Shown: positions 16,916 through 30,792, counted from the stretch's first letter. The stretch is 64,000 bases of DNA from Eledone cirrhosa (GCA_964016885.1 OZ024759.1:31124001-31188000); one strand, 5' to 3'. A program made the numbers and translations. Notes: generated from the sequence alone by a model not told the origin.

Positions 16916-17350
16916 TGGAGGCACATGGCTTAGTGGTTAGAGCATTGGCCTTGCAATATGTGGAGGCACATGGCTTAGTGGTTAGAGCATTGGCCTTGCA
17001 TTCGAAAGGTTGTGAGTTCAATTCTCAGACCGGGTGAGGTGTTGTTTCCTTGAGCAAGACACTTTATTTCACATTGCTCCAGTTTACTCAGCTGTAGAAA
17101 TGAGATGATAGGGACTGGAGTTCCTATCATTACACTGCAAAGTGGTCGTGGAGGTGCCACGGCAAAAAAGCACCCAGTCCACACTGTAAAGTGGACGTGT
17201 AGGCGCCACGGAAAAAAAAGCACACAGCACTCACTGTAAATGAGGTTGGTTTCAGGAAGGGCATCCAGCTGTAGAAATCAAGCCAGAATCAGTTCCCGTC
17301 CCACCCTTGCAAGCAGGGAAAAGCGGACGTAAAATGATGATGATGATAAT
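16916..17350 (+). mobile_element. SINE family B, full length, with a duplicated tRNA head
   Basis: Head 16916-16957 is repeated at 16961; body as in the 14929 copy; tail GCGGACGTAAAATGATGATG. Confidence 0.87.
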
Positions 17351-17380
17351 GATGATTTACACACATACATATATATATTT

Positions 17381-17421
<41 letters not shown>

Positions 17422-17806
17422 CACACACACACATATATATATATATTCTTATATTTGGGGAGGTTCATGTTGTTATATTATTGCCAAAAATATATAGTAA
17501 ATCACACTCACTGTTTGATTTGTGTTTTTGCTTCAGTATATTTAATATTTCTATAATTAATTCAGCTGGCAATCAATGTATATCATTGATTGATCAACAG
17601 TTAAAAATATAGATATAAATATAGTTTCTCAGATTTTTTTCGTCACACACCTGTGACATCATCAGTGATATTATGTTGTATTGTTGTAATCTTTTCTTAT
17701 TCTATTTTATTTATTTATTGTTGTTTCTGCTTGTACATGCATTTGTGTGTATGTTTTCTGTTTGGTTTGTGTTCATATCACTGTGTGTTTGTATTCTATC
17801 TTTGGT

Positions 17807-18105
17807 CACTAGTGTGTATTTATGTGTCAGTGTTGTTATTGTGCCTGTGTATATTTATTTATATTTATCTAATATCTCTAGTGTGTGTTTGTGTATGGTT
17901 GTTTGTTGTTGTTATTTTACCTGTGTATATTTATTTATATTTATCTAATATCACTAGTGTGTGGTGTGTTGTGTATGGTTGTTGTTGTTGTTATTGTACC
18001 TGTGTATATTTATTTATATTTATCTAATATCACTAGTGTGTGGTGAGTTGTGTATGGTTGTTGTTGTTGTTATTGTACCTGTGTATATTTATTTATATTT
18101 ATCTT
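17807..18105. repeat. Minisatellite, 4 copies of ~69-79 bp
   Basis: CTAGTGTG...CCTGTGTATATTTATTTATATTTATCT units start near 17807, 17876, 17952 and 18031. Confidence 0.8.
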
Positions 18106-18628
18106 AGGTCACTATTGTGTGTTTGTGTATAGTTATTGTTGTTCCATTCATGTTTTCTGTTCAGCTTCGCTTTTCTTAATTCTATTTCAGTTGCTTCCCC
18201 AATTTGTCTACTTGTTGAGTCATTTCTGTTAAGATATTAATTTAATATCTATGTTGTCTACATTACCATCAAATTTAGTCTGGCATGTTCATATAGTACC
18301 AAACTGTCTTTTTGTCCTTTTAGTTCACCCCAGTGTTACATTTCATTAAATGATTGAATCGTTTATGGGAAAATTTTCTTCTGCTGAAATATTCTTTCTT
18401 CATTCTTGTTTACATCTATTTTTCATGTATCATTGTAAAACTCATTCTTTATCATCATTTGATGTTTTTTCTTCGAATTCCTGTCCTCTGAAACTCTGTT
18501 TCTGTTATTTGCTAGAAATAAACCTTGAAAATAAATAGTAAGTATTCGGCAACTATTTCTCCTGAAATATACATGTTAGTATATTCCCCTCCCACCTCTT
18601 GATCTTTAATCTTTATCATTAATATAAT

Positions 18629-18670
<42 letters not shown>

Positions 18671-18941
18671 ATATATATATATATTATATATATATATTAT
18701 ATATATAATATATATATATATATACTATATAGATATAATATATAATATATATATTATATATATATATTATATATATAATATATATATATATACTATATAG
18801 ATATAATATATAATATATATATAATATATATATATATAATATATATATACATAACATATATATTTATATATAATATATATATAATATATATATTATGTAT
18901 ATATAATATATATATATATTATATATAAAATATGATATATA

Positions 18942-19010
18942 TACTCTTTACTCTTTTACTCTTTTACTTGTTCCAACCATCTGACTGAGGCCATGCTGGG
19001 GCACCGCCCT
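18942..19010 (-). mobile_element. 3' tail of a CR1/L2-group LINE or its partner SINE
   Basis: The reverse complement matches the tail at 46590-46641 (GGTGCCCCAGCATGG..GGTTGGAACA.GTAAAAGAGTA), with (AGAGTAAA)n repeats. Confidence 0.65.
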
Positions 19011-20161
19011 TGTTGCAACACATTCTATCTCCAGCCTGTGTTGGCTGGTCATTTGTGTAAGAGGAAGTTCGTTGCTGTTTCCCTTAGGTTATATATATAA
19101 TATATCTTGTGTTCATTAAAATTCTGTTTCTCTTGATTATAGATATTGTAGCTGTATATATCCCATCTGGCTATGGTTCTTTAGATGTCTTATATATTGA
19201 AAACTGTCAGGTATGTTCTTTGTTTGCAATTTTATGAATCTTTTTTATTTCATCTAAATATCTACTTTAAAAGAATTGGATAATTTAAATGCGTTAATAT
19301 TCCATGATAAATCAACAAACAGTGCGTTAAACAAAAAATAAAGATATAGCTGTCATTTTTAGACAATTTGTTTTATTGGAAATCGATAACAGGTAAAATG
19401 AGTTGTAATTGTAATAAAATATGCAACTGAAAAATCATAAACAAAATCATTGTATATAATGAAATAAAAATTAAGATATTTCAAACATGATAGAATATCG
19501 GTCATTGATGCTATATTTCAGTAAATAATTCTGACATTATTTATATTCAAGAATATATCTGAGTGTAATAAATATATTTCATAGGTTTGCAGTATGCTTG
19601 CGAGAAAAAAAAAGAACATTAAATCTTTACCATATCTTATATAATTATAAATTATCCAAAAATATTTTTTGTATGTTATATAAAGACCAATTGTTAAACT
19701 CAGAACAAAAATATCGCAATTAGAGAAAAGCAAATATTTGCTCGTAATATAAAACTAATTATTTCATATATTGTCTTTGATCTGTATGCATTAAACTCAT
19801 TATTTTATATTCATATAAAGAATAATCAAAATAACTAAAGTAACAATGTAATCAATGTAATGTGTATATTAACCAAATTATTATTTTTTATATTAATTTG
19901 TAACGTTCTTACTATGGATATGTAGAAAGAAAAATCATTAAAGTAACATTTTTTTTCTTTTTTTCGAAGACAATAGGTTTGACGAATCCAAAGTAAATAG
20001 CAACAGAGAATTGGTGAATCATAATGGCACTAGATGAGTGAAACACACAATAAGGGTTATTATTTACTTATATAATTACAGTCTTATATGTTTTATTGTG
20101 TTTTTCTCTCATTATACATAATAATAATATCATTATTGCTATAAGGTATTATTATTATTAT

Positions 20162-20227
<66 letters not shown>

Positions 20228-20356
20228 GGGGAGGAGGAGGGGGGGTAGTCATGTAACAATAACAAAGCAAAATATAAAACAACAAAATTTAACAGTAGTA
20301 GTAGTAGTAGTAGGGGAGGTGGAGGAGGAGGAAAATATTAATAATAATAATGATAA

Positions 20357-20572
20357 CGGTTTCTACTATAGGCACAAGGCCAGCGATTTTTTTGGGGGGA
20401 AAGTCAATTAAATCAACCCCAATGCATCACTGGTATTTTATTTTATCAATCCCGTAACGATGAAAGGCAAAGTTAACCTCGGTGGGATTTAAAAACAGAA
20501 CGTAAAGGGATGTAACTATATGCCACAAAGCATTGTGTCTGACCCTCTACCGATACTGCCAATCCACCGTCC
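20357..20572 (-). mobile_element. SINE family A
   Basis: Reverse-complement match to 7869-8058. Confidence 0.82.
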
Positions 20573-20589
20573 TAATAACAATAAAATAA

Positions 20590-20622
<33 letters not shown>

Positions 20623-21606
20623 ATTAATAACAAGATTAATAACAAATAACTAAAATCTCAAATCCAAAATTGTAATTGGAGTTACAAAACAAAACAAAAA
20701 ACAAAAGATTTATGAATGTAAAACAAACAGCAACAAAAGGTGACAAAGATGGATCCAACACAGACAAAAACAAACAAATTAAATATACAAACCCAACAAT
20801 AGACAACCGCAAGGTATCTCCAGATGATTAATCAAAGAAATTCAATCAAGAAGAATACATATATCAATATAAATGTAATGTAAGGAGGATTTACAAAAAG
20901 GGAATTCTTGAGGTAGCAATCATGTAAATAAGTCTCTACATGAGATATTAATTAAATATCTTGTTATTAATTAAATGTCTAATAAAGAAAGAATATTTTT
21001 CTATAGCGCAACACAAATATCTCCCAGGAATGAAACACCACGATAAAATAACATCATGAATGCTAGAATACAAACATGGCAAACCCAAAATGAAGTAAAA
21101 GTTGACACGAATATAAATATTATCCTGATAACCACAATAATATAAGGATCAATCACTGTAGTAACAGGCAGGAAGGTTACGCCCCTAAAACTAGTCGTAG
21201 TGATAGAACATATCCCAAGAAAAATATATTGAGGACAAGCATGCATGGAAACTATAAAAATATCTGACAGAAAGAGCTGTAATTCTGAATAAAATCAATA
21301 CAAGAACGACGCATCTTGCTTTATGAATTTGCAAGAGAGAGAAATAAAAAACATGAAACAATAATGACTGCATATAAAATACACATCCCCAGCTCTGATA
21401 AATATCGATAATATTTGCTATAGATATTATGAGTTATGCAACATATGCAACTTTAAATTTATTATAACTTATCGATTGTAGTAAAACAAAAATAAACATA
21501 AGCTATTAGGATAAAATTATAGGAATAGTTTCAGCCTGTGACCAGGTTTCTGTCTTCAAGGAAGCCAGAAGATAAAAAAAAACAGTACAAAAGCTGAAAT
21601 ATTTAA

Positions 21607-21790
21607 CCATATAGCATTTAAACTAGTCATATCTGACCAGAATTCTCTCACCTCTTTCTGTTCAAACCAGTTGTAATTGGCTATTGTTCGCAAAATAAAT
21701 ATCAAAATCTTATAGATTTGATATTATGTGAGATAATTATGTGAGGTTAACATATAATAGTAAATATAGAGTAATGTAAATGCTAAGGGC
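21607..21790 (+). mobile_element. piggyBac-type MITE (diverged)
   Basis: TTAA flanks; homologous to 35789-36008. Confidence 0.7.
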
Positions 21791-21819
21791 TTAAAGTTTA
21801 AGTTTAAGGTCTGTCTCGA

Positions 21820-22080
21820 GCAAGCAAGACTCATCAGATCTGTTCTTATTCCAGGTTCCAGTGTGTTAAGCAACTGAGAGAATAGGGTTCCCCCCCTCCT
21901 GGACAGAATACCAGTCCAATGCAGAGTTAAATCCTCAGCTATTGTTGGTGAGTATTTTCAGCTGGGTATATGGAGCAATGAGAAATGAAGTGTTGTGATC
22001 AAGAACAATACACAACCCAATCCATGAAATGAGTTCATGATATAATGATTGTAAGTCCAACACCGTCAGAACCATGAAGC
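21820..22080 (-). mobile_element. Diverged SINE related to family B
   Basis: CAGCTGGGTA..TGGAGCAATGAGAAATGAAGTGTTGTGATCAAGAACA resembles the reverse complement of the family B centre. Confidence 0.55.
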
Positions 22081-22127
22081 TGAACAAAGTAAGGTGTTAA
22101 GTCAACAAAGGTAGAATACCAAATAAT

Positions 22128-22294
22128 TGTTTCTACTTTTGGCACAAGGCCAGCAATTATCCCAGTGCATTACTGATACTTTATTTTATCGACCCCGTAA
22201 GGATGAAAGGCAAAGTTAACCTTGGCGGGATTTGAACTCAGAATGGCAAGGGCCGTAACTCTATGCATCAAAGCATGGCGTCCGACCCTCTACC
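22128..22294 (-). mobile_element. SINE family A, 5'-truncated, with a 17-bp TSD
   Basis: GTAGAATACCAAATAAT at 22111-22127 and 22295-22311. Confidence 0.88.
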
Positions 22295-22349
22295 GTAGAA
22301 TACCAAATAATATAGTAATGATAGAACTATGCTAGAATAGGACTAAATA

Positions 22350-22536
22350 ATTGTTTCTACTTTTGGCACAAGGCCAGCAATTATCCCAGTGCATTACTTG
22401 TATTTTATTTTATCACCCCCGTAAGGATGAAAGGCAAAGTTAACCTCGGCGGGATTTGAACTCAGATCATAAAGGACTGTAACTCTATGCTGCAAAGCAT
22501 GGTGTCTGACCCTCTACCGATACTGCCAATCCACCA
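22350..22536 (-). mobile_element. SINE family A
   Basis: Homology to the other copies; ACTAAATAAT on both sides. Confidence 0.85.
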
Positions 22537-23257
22537 TAGAACTAAATAATGCTATACTAAAACAATGACAGGAAAAGATTCCTGCATTGTCTATGCAAAA
22601 CGAAAGCACAAAAACCTATGCAATAGAATCAAAGAAAGAAATTTACAATATTGGTTGAGAGGCGCAACATCCAATGACAAACTGATATAAAATCGAAGCT
22701 GCTGTAACCGAAAATACTCTAAAGCAAGTAATAAAATAGAATATCATTATATAACTTCAGAAAATATTAAACTTGGAAAAAAGCCATTAAAGAGCTGAGC
22801 AGAAGTAACTAAGAAAAAGACATCAACGTGCCAGATTGATGGTACAAAAATGCTGCCATAGAAATGGTCAAATGTAATGACAATGTCATTATACCTGAAG
22901 ATAGCTAGACGAATCTGCAGAGATAAATGTAAGTTGCTAATTACCTGATATGATAATGTGCTTAAAATCCAGAGAGAGACAGACAGAGAGAGAGAGAGAG
23001 AGAGATTTAGAAAGAGATACATTATTAGAGTATCAATAACAACGAAAGTTAATGTTTCACAGAAATGGAGATGTTTTCGTTGTGAATGAGAAAAGTGTGT
23101 ATAAGAGTAGAAGCTACCTTGCAGTTGAATAGTAAAGATGGGAACGAGAAATACACACGAACATGTATACACACACACACAGACACACACATATATATAT
23201 GTGTGTGTGTGGGTATATATATATATGAATATACATATATATAAATAGGTATATGTA

Positions 23258-23304
<47 letters not shown>

Positions 23305-23342
23305 TTATACATATATATATATAATATATATGTATAAATGTT

Positions 23343-23417
23343 AGTTTCAGAAGATCCCATTAAGGGTGAAAGCAGCGATTCTTTGCTTAAACTTTAATCT
23401 GTTATTTTAATAAATAT
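23343..23417 (+). mobile_element. Family P2 head with a hammerhead-like fold (atypical CAGAAGA core)
   Basis: AGTTT-CAGAAGA-TCCCattaaGGGT-GAAA-GCA..TGC-TT-AAACT; homologues at 56355-56405 (-) and 56679-56746. Confidence 0.5.
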
Positions 23418-23446
23418 AATATATATATATATATACATTTATACAT

Positions 23447-23535
<89 letters not shown>

Positions 23536-23551
23536 TTATACATATATAATA

Positions 23552-23608
<57 letters not shown>

Positions 23609-23619
23609 CATTTATACAT

Positions 23620-23720
<101 letters not shown>

Positions 23721-23731
23721 TTATACATATA

Positions 23732-23785
<54 letters not shown>

Positions 23786-23788
<3 letters not shown>

Positions 23789-24099
23789 GTATTTCCGTAG
23801 GAAGGGTAAGGGAAAGGAGAATTCTCTATGCTCTATGTATGTTACAGAGCTATTTAAATATGTAATAAACAAGACAATACAATTATTCCATTTACCAAAG
23901 GTTTCATGAAGACAGGCGAGCTCAACAGAGACGTCTAAAATCGTTCATCAGAAGGTAAAAATTTAATATGGATGCAAGATATCTTATATCCATCATATTA
24001 CATCCATATTATTACTATTTCAGACGTCGCTGTTGAGCTCGCCTGTCTTCGCGAAACCCTTGGTAAATGGAATAATTTTATTGTGTTGTTTATTACATA
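23786..24099 (-). mobile_element. TA-embedded Penelope-like remnant (family P5) with an inverted duplication
   Basis: About 23858-23938 is inverted relative to about 24020-24099. Hammerhead-like motif on the minus strand at 23888-23955: CCTT-CTGATGA-..-GAAA-CCTTTG-GTA-AATGG. Confidence 0.58.
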
Positions 24100-24138
24100 T
24101 ATATAAATATACATATATATAAATATACATATATATAA

Positions 24139-24189
<51 letters not shown>

Positions 24190-24192
24190 TAC

Positions 24193-24224
<32 letters not shown>

Positions 24225-24418
24225 GTGTACATATATACATGTGTGTATATATATATGTGTGTGTATATATATATCATTACTATGATTTATAAAGAGCTCA
24301 GAATCTGTTTCTTGAGCTAATTGGATCATAGGGCATTATTGTGAGTTTTTAACTCAACCTTTTGATTTGATATATATATACACACATATGTATATACACA
24401 CATATATATATATATATG

Positions 24419-24883
24419 AAGATAGACATAGAATATTCGAAAATATTCTGTATGTTTATAATAAACATTTTGAAGACCTAATCGCTATAGAATAGAATAC
24501 GTCACGTATTACAATTAGATTCTCGATAAAAGCAAGGGAAGTAACCTACGCGTTTCATTCTTATTAGAAATCTTCAGGATTACATATCCAGTGCTTTTAT
24601 CGAGAATGACACAGCTAGAGACTTATAGAATACTTAGCTGTGTACAGGAACTGGTTTGAAAGAGCGGTTGCCGGTCCGGCAGAAATTAGAAATTGGATTA
24701 AATGCTCTGAAATAGCGATATATATGTGAAGATAGACATAGAATATTCGAAAATATTCTGTATGTTTATAATAAACATTTTGAAGACCTAATCGTATGTT
24801 TATTATAAACATACAGAATATTTTCGAATATTCTATGTCTATCTTCACATATATATCGCTATTTCAGAGCATTTAATCCAATA
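24419..24883 (-). mobile_element. Penelope-like remnant (family P6): direct plus inverted pLTR-like repeats and a hammerhead
   Basis: 24419-24484 is repeated at 24729-24794; 24691-24779 is inverted at about 24796-24883. A diverged relative lies at 55933-56293. Confidence 0.62.
24541..24583 (-). ncRNA. Minimal type I hammerhead ribozyme
   Basis: Minus strand GTAATC-CTGAAGA-TTTCTaataAGAAT-GAA-ACGCGT-A-GGTTAC: 6-bp stem I, palindromic stem III, GUA site. Confidence 0.7.
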
Positions 24884-25023
24884 TATATATATATATATAT
24901 ATGAGTGTATGTGTGTGTGTGAGTGTATCATACAGAACATGTTAATAATAGGTACTAACACTTGACATGAAGAAAAAATAAAAATAAACATATATAAATA
25001 ACAACAATTTTGAAACTGAAATC

Positions 25024-25076
<53 letters not shown>

Positions 25077-25311
25077 AATGGGAACTGCCCATATACTAAG
25101 GAAGATTCTGTCAATATAAGTACATCACAAGTCTAAAGACCTAAAGATGCGTGTGTGTGTATGTATGTTCTTTCTTGAACACGGCGGACCTTGTTGTCTC
25201 TTGAGGTCACTGGTTGTGACTTGGTGATAACTCGTATGAACATAAAGCAAGATAAATGCAACTGTAATAATAATAATAATAATAATAATAATGATGATGA
25301 TAATAATAATA

Positions 25312-25829
25312 ATTGTTTTTATTTAAAGCGCAAGGCCAGCAATTTAAAGGGGAGGGAAATCCGATTCAGTCGACCTGCAGTATATTACTTGTGCTTCATT
25401 TTATCAACACCATAAGGATAAAAGGTAAAGCGGGATTCAAACTCAGAATGTAATGAGCCGTAACTCGTGCTGCGAAGCACGATGTCCGACGCTCTACTGA
25501 CACTGCCAATCCACCACTCTAATAATAATAATAATATTAATAATAATAATAATAATTGTTTCTACTTATAATAATAATAATAATAATAATAAGGATAATG
25601 ATATTAATTATGGGTTCTGATTTATGTACGAGGCCAGCAATTTTCGCAGAATGGGCATTACATCAACCCCCAGTATTGTTACTGGTACTTTATTTTATCG
25701 AACCCGAAAGGATGAAAGGCAAAGCTAACCTCGGCGGGATTTAAACCCGGAACGTAAAAGGCCGTAACTCTATGCTGCAATGCATGTGGTCCGATGTTCT
25801 ACCGATACTGCCAATAATAACAATACTAC

Positions 25830-25876
<47 letters not shown>

Positions 25877-26007
25877 TAATAACAATAATGATAATAATGA
25901 TAACAATTGTTTCTACTTTTGGCACAAGGCCAGCCATTATCCCAGTACATTACTGGTACTTTATTTTATCGACCCCGTAAGGATGAAAGGCAAAGTTAAC
26001 CTCGGCA
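25312..26007 (-). mobile_element. Cluster of three SINE family A copies separated by (AAT)n
   Basis: Copies at about 25312-25518, 25612-25815 and 25905-26007. Confidence 0.82.
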
Positions 26008-26176
26008 TAATAATAATAATAATTAACAAGTAATCAAGCCATTATAATTGGGACGAAATGTGGGTGGACAAATTTATGCTTTATATAGTCTGAATTTTTT
26101 CGTTCTTAATGGTCTATGAATATGTTTGGAGTCATCAAAATGCATACATACATATGTGTATATACAAATGCATAAC

Positions 26177-26208
<32 letters not shown>

Positions 26209-26287
26209 GGTGTGTGTATATATATATATACATATATATATATGTATATATAATCATATATATACTTAAATAAATGTATATGTATAC

Positions 26288-26358
<71 letters not shown>

Positions 26359-26381
26359 TATACACACACACATATATGCAC

Positions 26382-26441
<60 letters not shown>

Positions 26442-26529
26442 GTGTACACTTATCTATGTCTGGAGAGAGATGTAGAGATGTAGAGATGAGGGTGGTTCAT
26501 TGTACAGTTCTTCATTATGCTGGTATGTA

Positions 26530-26757
26530 TAGTTGTGTATAGTCGTGTGTAGTTGTGTAGCTGTGTAGTTGTGTAGCTGTGTAGCTGTGTAGTTGTGTAG
26601 TTGTGTAGCTGTATAGTTGTGTAGTTGTGTAGCTGTGTGGCTGTATAGTTGTGTAGTTGTGTAGCTGTGTAGCTGTGTAGTTGTGTAGTTGTGTAGCTGT
26701 GTAGTTGTGTAGCTGTGTAGTTGTGTAGCTGTGTAGTTGTGTAGCTGTGTAGCTGTA
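26530..26757. repeat. GTGTAGCT/GTGTAGTT 8-bp minisatellite
   Basis: Direct reading. Confidence 0.9.
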
Positions 26758-26936
26758 TACAGAAATATTGATAGAAAAATGTTATTTATACAATGAACTT
26801 CTTCAACATGGGAGACATTTCCCATCCCTGAAAGCGTACAATACAATACAATACATATGTAATACCGTCTCAATACATATGTTTTATACTTTATCAATAT
26901 ATAAATATTGTGTATTCTCAATATATATGTAATATC

Positions 26937-27004
<68 letters not shown>

Positions 27005-27327
27005 CATATTTATTTGTATATATATATAAATACATATATATGCTTACATATATATATATATACATACATATATATATATATATATACATACATATATATA
27101 TACATACATATATATATACATACATATATACATACACATATACATATATATATACATACATATATACATATATACATACATACACATACATATCTACATA
27201 TATATATACATACATAACTACATACATATATATACATGCATTTCTAGATACACATATATATATACATATATATATATATACATATATATATACATATATA
27301 TATACATATATATATACATATCTACAT

Positions 27328-27413
<86 letters not shown>

Positions 27414-27833
27414 AAATATATATGTATTATACAATATATATATATACATATATATATATATTATACTCTCGAAATACATATTACATACAGATTACATACA
27501 TTATCAATATATATGTATGATGCTTTCTCAATACATATATATCATACCTACACAATTGATATATATTGTACATACTCCATTCACATATATCATTATTCTC
27601 AGTACATATTACATATGTATTGTGCTTTCTCAAGCTTCACTCGTAGTGTAACGAAAAGTAATATAAAACACAAAAGGACAGGTATATGTGTAAACATATA
27701 TAATCAATAATTCGAATATGTTTCTTCATTAAGAATGATATCATAATGTTCCAACTGCAACAACAAAAAGCAGCAAAACTAGCTTTATGGTCTTATAGTA
27801 CTTCATAAGATATAGATACACAAGCACACACAC

Positions 27834-28073
<240 letters not shown>

Positions 28074-28126
28074 TTGTGTGTCTGTACGTATGGATATATA
28101 TATATATATATGTTATATGTACGTAT

Positions 28127-28167
<41 letters not shown>

Positions 28168-28175
28168 CGTATATA

Positions 28176-28224
<49 letters not shown>

Positions 28225-28288
28225 ATATGTATGTATATAAAGGGTGTGTGTGTAATAATGTATTATGGAGATATACTATGTTGATATG

Positions 28289-28320
<32 letters not shown>

Positions 28321-28444
28321 TGTTTGTGCATACACCATCCACCTACACACACATGTGTGTAAGTGTAGTTGCGCTGTGTAGGTTTATGAATAGATGTGTA
28401 TGTGTGTGTATATATATATATACATATACATTTATATATATATA

Positions 28445-28551
<107 letters not shown>

Positions 28552-28798
28552 TTGCAAATACATATTCAATTATATATATATATATATATGAAATAGTGTA
28601 CATTTATAATATACAGTTCAATTTGCTGATTCATTTAATATCAATAATATCATGGAATTAAATTGCAAATGCACATGCGTATATACTCCTGCACATATGT
28701 CTACAATAGATCATGTTGTATTGCACTTGTAAAGAATACAGCGCTGCTGATTTCTTTATTTCTTGTACCGTATGAAAAACTCTTTCAGTTATTATAAT

Positions 28799-28985
28799 TG
28801 TTTCTATTTTTGGCACAAGGCCAGCAATTACCCAGTACATTACTGGTACTTTATTTTATCGACCCCGTAAGGATGAAAGGCAAAGTTAACCTCGGCGGGA
28901 TTTGAACTCAAATCATAAAGGGACGTAACTCTATGCTTCAAAGCATGGTGTCCGACTCTCTACCGATACTGCCCATCCAGCTGCC
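28799..28985 (-). mobile_element. SINE family A with a 15-bp TSD
   Basis: TTCAGTTATTATAAT at 28784-28798 and 28986-29000. Confidence 0.9.
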
Positions 28986-29295
28986 TTCAGTTATTATAAT
29001 AATAATTTTTTTTTTTTATCATATATCCTTTTTGGAAAAATGCCCTTCGTAGTTATTTAATTTTTGATACACCTGTTGTTTTTGCAACATAATTTTTTTT
29101 TATGATGTTTATTTACAAAATGTGGTTCTATAAATAGTACGATCAGAAAATGTGATATATTTGGATGAGTTTTGTTTCATCCATTAATTCTTTAATCCGT
29201 TCATGCTTTTAGACTGTAGACCAAAGCATTTCCATTGTATCCACTTGTATGAAAATGTAGATATATATATATATATATGTGTGTGTGTTTATATG

Positions 29296-29366
<71 letters not shown>

Positions 29367-29397
29367 ATATATATGTATATATATGTATATATATATG

Positions 29398-29434
<37 letters not shown>

Positions 29435-29927
29435 GTATATATATGTACATATGTAGGCGTGTGTGTGAATGTATATATATGTACAGGTGAATATATATAT
29501 ATATATATATATATATGAATGTATATTTAGATAGATAGACAGATAAGTCGGCAGATAGATACAGAGATGTGTATGTGAGTGTAAGTGTATATATACATAT
29601 ATATGGATGTATATATTTATGTATATAGACATATATATATATATATATATACATATACACACATATATATATACATATATATATATGTGTGTGTTTGTGT
29701 GTGCATCTGTGCACCAGACAGACAAGAATAAATGTCCTCAGATACTATGAATAATAATTAATAAGATTCATTAATTTTCTCAACTATTGATCAGCTATTA
29801 TTGTAGTAATTAGCCAGTGAACCAATACAATCAACCATATATATATATATGTGTGTGTGTACATGTGTATGTATATACATATATATATATATACATATAT
29901 ATATATGCATACATATATATATACATA

Positions 29928-29993
<66 letters not shown>

Positions 29994-30045
29994 TATATAC
30001 ATATATATACATACATATATAATATATGCATATATATATATATAT

Positions 30046-30078
<33 letters not shown>

Positions 30079-30352
30079 TATATACATATATATATATATA
30101 CATATATATACATACATATATATACATATATATATACATATATTTACATATATATATACATATATATATATACATATATATACACATATATATATACATA
30201 TATATATATACCTATACATATTTGCATATATATGTAAATATGCACATATATATATGTATTTATATATATATACACATATATATATAATATATACACATAT
30301 ATATATACACACACATATATACATATACACACACATATATATATACATATAT

Positions 30353-30397
<45 letters not shown>

Positions 30398-30529
30398 TAT
30401 ACATATATATATACACATATATATATACACATATATATACATATAAATATATATATATATATATATACATATATATATACATATATATATATACGTATAT
30501 ATGTACGTATATATGTACGTATATATGTA

Positions 30530-30618
30530 TACATTTAAATAAAATATCTATCAAACATTTTACATATATATGTATATATGATATGTAAAATGTTTGATAG
30601 ATATTTTATTTAAATGTA
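30530..30618. repeat. Perfect inverted repeat, 38-bp arms
   Basis: 30530-30567 is the reverse complement of 30581-30618. Confidence 0.85.
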
Positions 30619-30792
30619 TCGGTTGCCAAAATAATTAGAGTTAAGTATTTAATTAGCATTATCGCAAAAACATATAATGATACAATATATTTTGCTGGTT
30701 CCATTCTATAGCAAACAGGAGGCCATTTTAATTATGTCTGTCGCCGTCTTCATTTAAATCCCAAAACTATTTGCAGATTGAATCTATTGCAA

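Noticed and set aside
20730-22960. A-rich stretches resembling a decayed LINE ORF
   Set aside because: No RT or endonuclease motif could be recognised.
26454-26921. ORF with TATQLHNY repeats
   Set aside because: Translation of the 8-bp minisatellite.
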